Assembly: GCA_009926305.1 (NCBI GenBank)
Contig: RFPC01000006.1
Location: forward strand, 1,401 to 65,400
DNA from: a bacterium
GTDB lineage: Bacteria > Bdellovibrionota_C > UBA2361 > RFPC01
Direction of reading: 5' to 3'
DNA: 64,000 nt
In this document: one piece after another, positions 28,618-37,216 of the stretch
How positions within the stretch are numbered: the stretch's first letter is position 1
Layout: every line of letters starts with the position of its first letter
Made by a program: the position numbers and the translations under genes
The notes under the pieces: model-generated
What the model was told of the DNA's origin: nothing
Database searches by the model: none
Seen by the model: the letters and a program-made list of their open reading frames with translations, nothing else

Positions 28618-29217
28618 TCAGCTTGGCGGAAGAAGAGTAAGAGTCACCGATCCGGTATAGGTGCCACTTGGGGCAGCGGCCAAATCAATCTGGAAAAAGA
28701 GGAGTCGTAGGCGTGCATTCGTACCACCCTCTGGTGTGCAGGAAGTATGCGTTGATGCTCCGGTTTGATTAGTCGAGGTAGTAACAGCTGACGCCTTCTT
28801 GGCTCCAAGATAGGTCAGTCCGGCTGCACTCGCTTGATCATTCCAGTAAACAAGGTAGCCAATTGAGTAAGAAAGTGAGTCATTTGAAACCGCAAACGAA
28901 TCAGAGGGAGTGCTCGTGCAATCTCCCCCCCCAGTACAGGTTGAAGAGCCCTGTATCCTTACGTTGTATTCTGAAGTTGCATTATTGGTATAAATGCAAA
29001 GGTCATCATAGAGATCAGCAAAGGAACCGCCATCGTAGGTAATCGACATATCGTCGATACCTGAAACTCGATATAAATCTGGAATAGTTAATGAGATATC
29101 AGAAGATCCTTCTGAAGAGCTCTCAGAAGGGTTGGTTGGGTTTGTGGCAGCAAATAGGGAACTACTAAAAAGCAGTACAAACGGCAAAAGTATGTAACAT
29201 TTCCATTTGGCTTCCAT
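28618..29217 (-). CDS. secreted Ser/Thr-rich beta-sandwich-like protein (possible fimbrial or SCPU-type subunit fold)
   Basis: Signal peptide MEAKWKCYILLPFVLLFSSSLFA. The C-terminal strand PSGTYTGSVTLTLLP resembles the terminal strand of chaperone-usher or SCPU pilins. No chaperone or usher gene is nearby. Confidence 0.55.
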   Translation of the reverse strand: MEAKWKCYILLPFVLLFSSSLFAATNPTNPSESSSEGSSDISLTIPDLYRVSGIDDMSITYDGGSFADLYDDLCIYTNNATSEYNVRIQGSSTCTGGGDCTSTPSDSFAVSNDSLSYSIGYLVYWNDQASAAGLTYLGAKKASAVTTSTNQTGASTHTSCTPEGGTNARLRLLFFQIDLAAAPSGTYTGSVTLTLLPPS

Positions 29218-29527
29218 CGTGCTTCCGTGCTTAATGGGTGCTCTCTAAAGTGATACATCTCTACTGCTCCTGAACTACTAATCTCCCCCATAGAAAACAT
29301 CGGAATTTTTATTATAGCGCTTAAGCACTATTGCTGAGAGAGCGCTTCCATTCGAGAAACCTGCCATAACCAGCTGACATTACTCGTGTATCAGTCTAGT
29401 CTCAAATAAAAATGGTGGTTTTACCCAGCACGAATTTAGGCTTAGAACACAATTTTTTTTGCAAGGAGAGTTAAAAATCCCTCAAGTAGTTTCGCGTCGA
29501 ATCCAGAGAGTCATCACTCCGCAGGAG

Positions 29528-29752
29528 CTAAGAGCACTTTTGACTGAGCTCAGCACATCTTCTCTCAAGCTCCTCAAGAAGAAGAGCATGAGCATTCACA
29601 TAAAGCTCTATTCCTTGCGCATTGAGATCCTCCTCTCCCTCCACAAGGCTTTTAAATTGTCGTATTTTCTGAGCAAACTCTGCTGTAGAAAGATCCTTCA
29701 GTGGCTGATTTTTCTGATGGGTATTGCTGTCTTTTGGTACATTTCTACTCAT
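29528..29752 (-). CDS. hypothetical small helical protein
   Basis: Minus ORF 29528-29794 with the preferred start at M15 (MSRNVPKD...). Its charged helical composition looks more protein-like than the overlapping + ORF 29459-29755. Confidence 0.3.
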   Translation of the reverse strand: MSRNVPKDSNTHQKNQPLKDLSTAEFAQKIRQFKSLVEGEEDLNAQGIELYVNAHALLLEELERRCAELSQKCS

Positions 29753-29874
29753 TGATACCTGTCTTGTCGCTGTTCGATCTTGATATGGAAGCAAATAGCC
29801 TCTGAGTAACTTTACGCGAAAGATTTATTATCCTCTCCTCAATTTTTATATCCAGAGTTACCAAAAGATCTTCC

Positions 29875-30222
29875 CTAAGATACTCGAGCACCATTTTCTG
29901 CCTGCTTGTCAGAAGTAAGCAGTATTGTTCCAGTTTCATGACTGACAGATGCGAGCACTAGAACCTCTGATCTGATACCTGCTACTCGTCTCGGAGGCAA
30001 ATTTACGACGCCGATCACCTGTTTTCCAACAAGCTGTTCAGCCTCATACCCCTCGGTAAGCTGAGCTGAACTCTTCTTGAAACCTAAAGAGCCAAAGTCA
30101 ATCTCAAGTACATAGGCAGGCTTTCTCGCCTTTGAATTGAGCTCAACAGCGGTGATTGTACCGATTCGCATATCAATACCTTGAAACTCTGTTATTGTGA
30201 CTGTTTGCTGCTCTGTCATCAT
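29875..30222 (-). CDS. csaA: tRNA-binding domain protein CsaA
   Basis: IDMRIGTITAVE...EIDFGSLGFKKSSAQLT...GKQVIGVVNLPPRRVAGIRSEVLVLA aligns by eye along the full length with B. subtilis CsaA and the EMAP/Trbp111 fold. Confidence 0.88.
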   Translation of the reverse strand: MMTEQQTVTITEFQGIDMRIGTITAVELNSKARKPAYVLEIDFGSLGFKKSSAQLTEGYEAEQLVGKQVIGVVNLPPRRVAGIRSEVLVLASVSHETGTILLTSDKQAENGARVS

Positions 30223-30388
30223 GTAAGACCTTATTATGAGTGAACGAAAATTCTTCTCTCTCTCAGAAAAATCAGAGGTAAAAACTATAGGCGGCGACGA
30301 GCGAACTCTTTCACTCTCAAGCGCCCTGTAAACTTTTCCAATTTACTCCGTCTGATACAATATTCAATATCTACTTGGATTGCATCTC

Positions 30389-31396
30389 ATGAGCACACTC
30401 CTCACTCTATCTCCCTATGGTCTCTACTGTCCCCGTGGTGACTTTTTTATAGATCCACACCGCCCACGAGGCGTCGCTTTTATTACCCATGCACATGCTG
30501 ACCATGCACGAAACGGAGCTTCCCTTTACTATGCACACAAAGATTCTCTTCCCTTTCTCTCCCATCGACTCGGAACACACACACCAATCATTCCACTCGA
30601 ATACGGAGAGCGTGTTGAGAGAAATGGAGTTCTTATCTCGCTTCATCCTGCAGGCCATATTCTCGGCTCAGCACAAATTCGAATTGAGCAAAGAGGATAT
30701 GTAACCGTCGTCACTGGAGACTATAAAACGACACCTGACCGAACGTGCGTCCCATTTGAGCAGATAGAATGTAATCACTTCATCACTGAAGCAACCTTTG
30801 CTCTTCCCATCTACCACTGGCAACCAGATGAAGTCATTTTCGATCAGATTCGTACCTGGTGGCGAGATAATCGTCTCAAAAAGAAAACTTCGCTCCTTTA
30901 TGCTTATGCGCTCGGTAAGGCTCAACGGATACTCGCTGGGCTTCTCGGGGAAGATGCCCCTATTGCTCTCCATGGAGCCGTCTTGCCATATTTGACAGGA
31001 TATAGAAATGCAGGGGTTACCTTTCCAGAGATAGTAAAGGCAAACGCTGAAAATGCGTCACTCCTCAGGGGAGAAGGGCTGATCATTGCTCCGCCTTCCG
31101 CTTGCAACTCGCCTTGGACAAGAAAGTTTGCACCCTTTTCGCAAGGATTTGCCTCAGGTTGGATGCAAATTCGAGGAAAGAAACGACAACGTCGGGGCAT
31201 TGAATTTGGCTTCGTATTATCTGATCATGCAGATTGGAATGGACTCCTTACAGCCATTAAAAATTCTCGCGCTGAGACCATAACGACAATGCACGGAGAA
31301 GCAAGTGCCCTCCTTCGCTATCTTAAGGAGTCAGGGAAAGACGCCTGTTCTCTTCCTGAACGCTTCAAGAATCAAATGAGTGGAGAAGATCGGTAA
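30389..31396 (+). CDS. ligase-associated DNA damage response exonuclease (metallo-beta-lactamase/beta-CASP fold)
   Basis: ITHAHADH (HxHxDH), later SDHADW, and a position immediately upstream of an ATP-dependent ligase. ATG at 30389 (the ORF track starts at TTG 30380). Confidence 0.8.
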   Translation: MSTLLTLSPYGLYCPRGDFFIDPHRPRGVAFITHAHADHARNGASLYYAHKDSLPFLSHRLGTHTPIIPLEYGERVERNGVLISLHPAGHILGSAQIRIEQRGYVTVVTGDYKTTPDRTCVPFEQIECNHFITEATFALPIYHWQPDEVIFDQIRTWWRDNRLKKKTSLLYAYALGKAQRILAGLLGEDAPIALHGAVLPYLTGYRNAGVTFPEIVKANAENASLLRGEGLIIAPPSACNSPWTRKFAPFSQGFASGWMQIRGKKRQRRGIEFGFVLSDHADWNGLLTAIKNSRAETITTMHGEASALLRYLKESGKDACSLPERFKNQMSGEDR

Positions 31397-31397
31397 G

Positions 31398-32996
31398 ATG
31401 TCGCTTTTTGCTTCTCTCTTTTATGCCCTTGATCGAACTTCGAAAACTTCAGAAAAGTGCCTTCTTTTAAAAGAATACTTCGGAGTAGCCCCAGTTAAAG
31501 AGGCAACATGGGCTCTGTATTTTCTCTTGGGTGGGAAAATTACTCGCCTCTTTACTACTACAGAAATGCGAAAGATAATCTCCCGCCGTATGAATCTTCC
31601 ACTGTGGCTCGTGGAGGATTCTTACGATACCGTAGGTGATCTTGCTGAGACCCTCGCTCTCCTTACCTTACCCATAAAGAATCAGACCAGCTCATCTCGC
31701 GTCCTTCACGAACTGGCAGAGAGTCTCCAAGATCTTCTCACCATCAGTGATATCAATCAACGCGAAGAGCGCCTCTGGAAACTCATTGAAAGCACACCCG
31801 ATAAAGAACGCCTTATCTTATTCAAGCTCATGATTGGAGGACTTCGTATCGGCGTTTCGAAAGGACTCGTAACACAAGTACTCGCTGAATTATATGAGTT
31901 TGATATTGCCGAAATGGCACATCGGCTTGTTGGAGAATGGCAACCCACCGAGGAACGCTATCAAACGCTCATGAAAAGAACGAGCTGCAACGAATCTTTG
32001 GGAAATCCATACCCCTTTCTCTTAGCCTCTCCGCTCGATAGCACTCAAGAATCAGTTATCTCTTCCTCTCTTCCTGAATGGATTATCGAATGGAAATGGG
32101 ATGGAATTCGAGCTCAGCTTCTCAAGCGTTCCGGTCATGTCATCATCTGGTCACGTGGTGAGGAAGTAATTACTGAAACATTCCCTGAACTCATATCTAC
32201 AATGGAAAGAGTAGAGCATGATAATATTGTACTCGATGGAGAGATCATCGTCTGGAGAGATGGTCAACCACAGTCATTTGCCGAGCTACAAAAACGGCTC
32301 AATAGAAAAAAAATTTCGTCTCAACTCTTGAAGACTCTTCCCGTTCGTTTCATAGCATATGACTTACTAGAACTAGCCGGTAAAGATCTCCGTGGAGAGC
32401 CTCTGTCGATTCGTCGCCAGCACTTAGAAACGTTCTTTAAAGAGCATGAAGAACGTTTCTTGCTTCTCTCTCCATTACATAAAGTGACACGTCCTTCGCA
32501 AATGTCTGAGCTTCGCGCCAAAGCACGATCAAGACAATCCGAAGGGCTTATGATCAAACATCGAGCATCGTCATATGGCACAGGACGACGGGGAAGCCAG
32601 TGGTGGAAATGGAAAGTAGACCCCCTCAGACTTGATGTCGTATTACTCTATGCACAGAAAGGCCATGGAAGACGGGCAGACCTCTATACAAGCTATACGT
32701 TTGGAGTCTGGAAAAATGGCGAACTTGTAACTATTACCAAAGCATACTCTGGGCTCACGAATTCTGAGATACGAGAAGTAGATGCGTTTATTCGCAAAAA
32801 TCAGCTGCAGAAATTCGGTCCCGTTCAAGCTGTTACCCCCAGTCTCGTGTTTGAAATTGCCTTTGATAGCATTCAACTTTCAAAACGACATAAAGCTGGC
32901 GTGGCACTTCGATTTCCACGAATTGTTCGTATTCGAAAAGACAAAGCAGCATATGAGGCCGATACCATAGAATCTGTAAGAATGCTCTTAGAGTAA
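31398..32996 (+). CDS. ATP-dependent DNA ligase
   Basis: Adenylation motif I EWKWDGIR (KxDG), LDGEIIVW, SEGLMIK and WWKWK motifs. ATG 31398 lies 1 nt after the exonuclease stop. Confidence 0.9.
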   Translation: MSLFASLFYALDRTSKTSEKCLLLKEYFGVAPVKEATWALYFLLGGKITRLFTTTEMRKIISRRMNLPLWLVEDSYDTVGDLAETLALLTLPIKNQTSSSRVLHELAESLQDLLTISDINQREERLWKLIESTPDKERLILFKLMIGGLRIGVSKGLVTQVLAELYEFDIAEMAHRLVGEWQPTEERYQTLMKRTSCNESLGNPYPFLLASPLDSTQESVISSSLPEWIIEWKWDGIRAQLLKRSGHVIIWSRGEEVITETFPELISTMERVEHDNIVLDGEIIVWRDGQPQSFAELQKRLNRKKISSQLLKTLPVRFIAYDLLELAGKDLRGEPLSIRRQHLETFFKEHEERFLLLSPLHKVTRPSQMSELRAKARSRQSEGLMIKHRASSYGTGRRGSQWWKWKVDPLRLDVVLLYAQKGHGRRADLYTSYTFGVWKNGELVTITKAYSGLTNSEIREVDAFIRKNQLQKFGPVQAVTPSLVFEIAFDSIQLSKRHKAGVALRFPRIVRIRKDKAAYEADTIESVRMLLE

Positions 32997-33016
32997 GCTC
33001 AAAGGGTTATAGAGCA

Positions 33017-33622
33017 TCAGCTGAACATATTCTCAATAAAAATATCTTCAAGCGGTAACTGCCCAGGTTTTGGCCATGCCGGCTTTAGCGCCTTCCCGAC
33101 TGTTAGCATCATTCCGATTGCATGATCATCGGGAAGCTGAATACACTTTGCGACTGATTCCGCATCAAATCCAATCATAGGACATGAGTCATAACCTAGA
33201 CCCTTCGCTGCCAGCATAAGAGTTTGGGCAAAAATTCCCACTGAACGCATTGCCTCATCTCTTTGAAGTCTCTCATTACTATCGTAAAACGGCTCAATCA
33301 TAGGAACGAGCATCTCTTGGACCTCACTCGGTGCATTTTGCCAATATCGCGCTGGCTCTTTTGCATAGGCCTTGAGATCGGCGCAGATCACAAAAAGCAG
33401 AGAGGCCTCTTTCACCTGCGCTTGATTCCATGCTGCTGCATAGATTTGCTCACGTAACTTCTCTTCAGAGACCTCAACTACTCTCCAATGCTGGATATTA
33501 AAGGATGTAGGAGCTTGGAGCGCAGATTCAAGCAATATCCGTCGCTCCTCTTTTGTTATGACATGATTCGGATCGAAGTGCTTAACAGCTCGTCGACTTC
33601 TAATTGCCTCTAAAACTTCCAT
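33017..33622 (-). CDS. nitroreductase family protein
   Basis: AIRSRRAVKHFDP...APTSFNIQHWRVVEV... is the typical NfsB/NfnB-like fold pattern. Confidence 0.85.
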   Translation of the reverse strand: MEVLEAIRSRRAVKHFDPNHVITKEERRILLESALQAPTSFNIQHWRVVEVSEEKLREQIYAAAWNQAQVKEASLLFVICADLKAYAKEPARYWQNAPSEVQEMLVPMIEPFYDSNERLQRDEAMRSVGIFAQTLMLAAKGLGYDSCPMIGFDAESVAKCIQLPDDHAIGMMLTVGKALKPAWPKPGQLPLEDIFIENMFS

Positions 33623-33699
33623 ACGTCTTCCTTTTTAACAGATGTCTTTTTGATTATCCGTGTACCCCCCCCCGAGAGGAGAGCGCATGGGAGCTTCTC

Positions 33700-34308
33700 C
33701 TATAAGGCTTCGATGCGGCTTCTTCCTGCTAGAGCCCTCGCTAACGTTACTTCATCTGAATACTCAAGCTCACCGCCCTTTGGCATCCCCTGAGCCAGTC
33801 GCGAAGAGGGAATACCCCGTTCACTGAGAAGTCTTGCCACATACAATGCTGTAGCATCCCCCTCAACTGTTGAACCAGTCGCTATAATAACCTCTTCTAT
33901 CTCAGCGCTCTCTGCTCGACGAAGCAACTCTGCTAACTTCATCGACTCAGGTCCTTGCCCACGAAGTGGTGCCCACAGTCCGTGAAGGACATGATACAGC
34001 CCTCGAAATTCACCCATTCGCTCAAAGGAAATAATATCCATCGGTTTTTCAACAACGCAAAGCACATGCGAATCACGTCCAGGATCGACACAGAAGCGAC
34101 ATTGCTCTTCCTCTGATAAGAAAAAGCAGGTCTTACAAAGTCCTATCTTTGAGCAAGCCTCCGAGATAGCACTACTCAACTTTTTCCCCAGATCCCCCTC
34201 TTCTTTGAGAATATAGTATGCCAGTCGAGTAGCCGACTTTTCTCCGATAGATGGAAGCCGTGACAACTCGTGCACCAATTTTTGAAATGAAGGAGGAAAT
34301 GCCTGCAT
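33700..34308 (-). CDS. recR: recombination protein RecR
   Basis: LPSIGEKSATRLAYY HhH motif, zinc finger CKTCFFLSEEEQCRFC, and a Toprim region VLCVVEKPMD. Confidence 0.93.
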   Translation of the reverse strand: MQAFPPSFQKLVHELSRLPSIGEKSATRLAYYILKEEGDLGKKLSSAISEACSKIGLCKTCFFLSEEEQCRFCVDPGRDSHVLCVVEKPMDIISFERMGEFRGLYHVLHGLWAPLRGQGPESMKLAELLRRAESAEIEEVIIATGSTVEGDATALYVARLLSERGIPSSRLAQGMPKGGELEYSDEVTLARALAGRSRIEAL

Positions 34309-34332
34309 AAACGCTATAATAACGAAACGTTA

Positions 34333-34671
34333 TTATCCGAGACCTGGAATATTTAATCCACCTGTTATCTTAGCCATCTTTCCCTGCACTTTTTCCTGCA
34401 CATTCTTAAGGGCTTCATTTGTTGCTGCAACTACCAAATCTTGTAACATCTCAATGTCATCTGGATTAACAACATCCTTCTCAATAGAAACTGACTTTAC
34501 CTGCTGTGTACCAAGCGCAACAACTTTTACCATTCCGCCTCCAGCGGAACCCTCAGCCTCCTCTTCCTTGGCTTGCTCTTGAAGCTCTGCAAGTTGGCTC
34601 TGCATCTTTTGAGCCTGCTTCATCATCTCCTGCATATTACCTGGCAAACCACCGCCAAATCCTTTTCCCAT
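34333..34671 (-). CDS. ybaB: YbaB/EbfC nucleoid-associated protein
   Basis: GNMQEMMKQAQKMQSQLAELQ..., with the conserved dnaX-ybaB-recR gene order. Confidence 0.92.
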   Translation of the reverse strand: MGKGFGGGLPGNMQEMMKQAQKMQSQLAELQEQAKEEEAEGSAGGGMVKVVALGTQQVKSVSIEKDVVNPDDIEMLQDLVVAATNEALKNVQEKVQGKMAKITGGLNIPGLG

Positions 34672-34709
34672 ATCAGCTCTCTCCTTTTAAAACTTTCCTT
34701 ATCTTACTG

Positions 34710-36485
34710 TTATACCGCATTACGCTTCAAGCGAATCCGCTCAATCTTACTCCCCGGAAATGTTTTAATAACTCTCTTTACCGTGTTATCACGTAACATT
34801 TTTTCTCTCTGCTCAAGCAGCTTACTCTCAACTTCTTTTCTTTCTACCGCCTTCAGACTCTTATCAGTTCTCAAACCTCCATCTGACACAACTTTGGTCT
34901 CGATTCTCCAGCTCGAACACTTACTAAACTCCTCAAGGAGCACCAGCAATCTCGCCCGTGTATCCTCTTGCTGTAAGCTCCCGATTTGGAATTCTGGTCC
35001 TTCAATTTTTAGGACTCCATCTTGAAAAGCGACGGTTGTCACACAACGCAGCATCTCGCCTATAATTTCACCGCCCTGCTGATGAGCAAAGCTCACAAAG
35101 TCAGCCATATTGTATTGCTGCTCCGACAACTGTCCTGTATCCGCTGATTGAAGAGCCTCCGATCTTGACGGTATCGCTTCGGGTTTCCTTACTTTCTTTT
35201 TTGGTGAAGAATCTGTTTTTCCCTGAATTATTTTTGGAGCGTGAGTTATTTTTGGAGTCAGTGCGGCACTACTGACAATAGTTGCTTCCGTTGGCTTACT
35301 GTGACCTATCGGCTGTTCTTTAGGCTTTTTTTTTTCGGCGGTAACCATCTCACGAAGACGGCCAACCATTTTTCCTAAATCCTTCACTCGTGGCCTAGCT
35401 GCCATCCGAATCACTAGAGATTCAAGCGCATAACGAGGAAAGCTACTTCGCAGAGCTTTATCCGCCCCTTCTCGGGCCATATCGGCGAGATCTGCCAGAT
35501 CTTCTCGATCAATATTATTTTCAGTGAGGGCAACAAGCTCTGCCTGTTCATCTTTTGTTAAACCAACGACCCTGCCATTTTGCGTATCGGCAAGAGCCGC
35601 CACGTGAAGATCTCGAAAAAAGCCAACAAACTCTCTAAGAAAGATCGATTCATCTCCACCCGTTTCAAAAGCATCGTGAACAAGAGAAAGAGCTCCCTCA
35701 ACATCTTGAGCGATCACTTTCTCTCCAAGCGCATAGAGGAGTTGTATATCAACCGCACCAAGAATAACGCTCACTTCTTGCGCCGTGATCGATTCCCCTC
35801 CATATGCTCGCACTCGCTCAAGTAGCGTTTGAGCATCGCGCATCGAGCCCTCTGCCAACTTTGCAATAATCTTTAGAGCGGAGGAGTCAATAATAAAGCT
35901 TTCACGGTTTGCTATTTCAGCAAGACATTCACTAATAGTTGCAACTGGCAAAGCTCTTAAATCATGCCGCTGACAACGAGATAAGACCGTGTCCGGAATC
36001 TTATGCGGCTCCGTTGTGGCAAGAACAAAGACCGTGTTCGGAGGTGGTTCCTCTAGGCTCTTTAACAACGCATTAAACGCCGAAATACTGAGCATGTGAA
36101 CTTCGTCAATAATATAAACTTTATACTTAGAACCAGGAGCAGGAAGAGTCCGAAAAGACTCTATAAGCTCTCGAACATTATCAACACTGTTATTCGAGGC
36201 TCCATCAATTTCCCGAACGGCAAGACTTGTTCCTGCTGCAATCTCACGACAATTAGAACACTCCAGGCACGGAGTCAGAGTTGGACCTTCAGAACAGTTT
36301 AAGCACTTTGCAAAAATCCTCGCTATCGAAGTTTTTCCAACTCCCCTAGGACCCGTAAAAACATACGCATGACCAACCTGATCTCTCGTAATTGCATTTC
36401 CAAGAGTTCTGGTTACGTGCTCTTGTCCACTAACACTCTGAAAGTGCTCAGGACGATATTTTCGGGCTAAAACAAGGTATGACAC
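34710..36485 (-). CDS. dnaX: DNA polymerase III subunits gamma/tau
   Basis: LARKYRP, GPRGVGKTS, zinc module CLNCSEGPTLTPCLECSNC, IIDEVHMLS, SRCQRH, and a long C-terminal tau extension. Confidence 0.95.
   Translation of the reverse strand: MSYLVLARKYRPEHFQSVSGQEHVTRTLGNAITRDQVGHAYVFTGPRGVGKTSIARIFAKCLNCSEGPTLTPCLECSNCREIAAGTSLAVREIDGASNNSVDNVRELIESFRTLPAPGSKYKVYIIDEVHMLSISAFNALLKSLEEPPPNTVFVLATTEPHKIPDTVLSRCQRHDLRALPVATISECLAEIANRESFIIDSSALKIIAKLAEGSMRDAQTLLERVRAYGGESITAQEVSVILGAVDIQLLYALGEKVIAQDVEGALSLVHDAFETGGDESIFLREFVGFFRDLHVAALADTQNGRVVGLTKDEQAELVALTENNIDREDLADLADMAREGADKALRSSFPRYALESLVIRMAARPRVKDLGKMVGRLREMVTAEKKKPKEQPIGHSKPTEATIVSSAALTPKITHAPKIIQGKTDSSPKKKVRKPEAIPSRSEALQSADTGQLSEQQYNMADFVSFAHQQGGEIIGEMLRCVTTVAFQDGVLKIEGPEFQIGSLQQEDTRARLLVLLEEFSKCSSWRIETKVVSDGGLRTDKSLKAVERKEVESKLLEQREKMLRDNTVKRVIKTFPGSKIERIRLKRNAV
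35306..35336 (-). promoter_or_regulatory. candidate recoding or slippage site in dnaX (A10G run)
   Basis: The mRNA reads G AAA AAA AAA G at codons 384-387 (GAA AAA AAA AAG). The -1 frame gives GCC TAA. The +1 frame gives CTA AAG AAC AGC CGA TAG. Confidence 0.45.
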
Positions 36486-36524
36486 AACTAACTGAGTACA
36501 ATTCTATTCTGTTTTCGTAAAGGG

Positions 36525-36620
36525 AAAATCGCGGGGCCCAACACAGAAAGGAGAAGCGTACGGCTGCTCCCTTCCAGGCCTGACCGGGTTAGCTTTCTTT
36601 CTCGCGTGCCCCGCTATTCG
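36525..36620 (-). ncRNA. ffs: signal recognition particle RNA (small 4.5S-type)
   Basis: The minus strand reads GCGGGGCACGCGAGAAAGAAAGCUAACCCGGUCAGGCCUGGAAGGGAGCAGCCGUACGCUUCUCCUUUCUGUGUUGGGCCCCGC. The domain IV core GGUCAGGCCUGGAAGGGAGCAGCC closely matches E. coli GGUCAGGUCCGGAAGGAAGCAGCC. The terminal helix GCGGGGC/GCCCCGC spans core 36531-36614. The gene sits directly upstream of dnaX. The exact ends are uncertain. Confidence 0.8.
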
Positions 36621-36829
36621 TTAGCGTAGCGTGCCTTAAGAAAAAACGCCAAACCTGTTGCTGAGAATTCGGCCCCGTGAGGCATTTACGCATCACCCCT
36701 TGTGGTACCAACACCTCAATATCAACTCATTTAACCGAGCATTACTCGTCTTTTCAGGGACTTAACGATGGCATACGCCTTGCGATTCTCTGCTCTGCGT
36801 TGGCAATCATATTTTTACAGGAGTCTCTT

Positions 36830-37207
36830 ATGTCTGCATCTCGCACCGTTCTTCCACGCTCTCTTTTCTTCTCCATCTCACGAGATCTCACCTCGGGCGA
36901 CCCAACGTGGAAACTTCTTATTATCAACGAATACCTCGACAAACAGCATCCCCTGAGAAAAGCCCTAAGCCTTCTTATCAAAAATTCACCTCAACGTGCT
37001 CCCCATCCCAGCCTGCTTGATGCAGCTCTCTCTGGCACTCGATATAGCGAACTCTCGGAGAAAGCACAGCTACAGCTCAAAAGTACTCCAACTTCTCTAC
37101 AACATAAGCAAAAATCGATTCCCTTACCACGCAGAAGAGAATGTCTCAGAAACTGGAGCGAGATTCGAACGGTACGACGAGCAAGAAAGACGTTTTCTCG
37201 GATATAA
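36830..37207 (+). CDS. hypothetical protein (weak call)
   Basis: Sub-ORF of 36677-37207 starting at ATG 36830, with AGGAG 6 nt upstream (MSASRTVLPRS...). No motif was recognised, and the S/L/R-rich composition is not convincing. Confidence 0.25.
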   Translation: MSASRTVLPRSLFFSISRDLTSGDPTWKLLIINEYLDKQHPLRKALSLLIKNSPQRAPHPSLLDAALSGTRYSELSEKAQLQLKSTPTSLQHKQKSIPLPRRRECLRNWSEIRTVRRARKTFSRI

Positions 37208-37216
37208 TCTACGCGC

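Noticed and set aside
29459-29755. 98-aa + strand ORF overlapping the 88-aa minus ORF, and the 64-aa minus ORF at 29745-29939
   Set aside because: The + ORF starts at TTG within a T-run and has an implausible K/L/S/I-rich sequence. The 29745-29939 ORF overlaps the 3' end of csaA out of frame. Only the minus ORF 29528-29752 was kept, at low confidence.
24725-29874. Calling the tRNA-Asn patch a genomic island or mobile element
   Set aside because: I could find no integrase, transposase, phage or conjugation gene, and no direct repeat of the tRNA 3' end in the window. It is reported only as an accessory-looking patch.
37150-37175. tRNA T-loop-like string GTTCGAATC on the minus strand (possible tRNA or tmRNA remnant)
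   Set aside because: The flanking bases do not form a T stem or an acceptor stem, and there is no D or anticodon arm. It is most likely a chance match.
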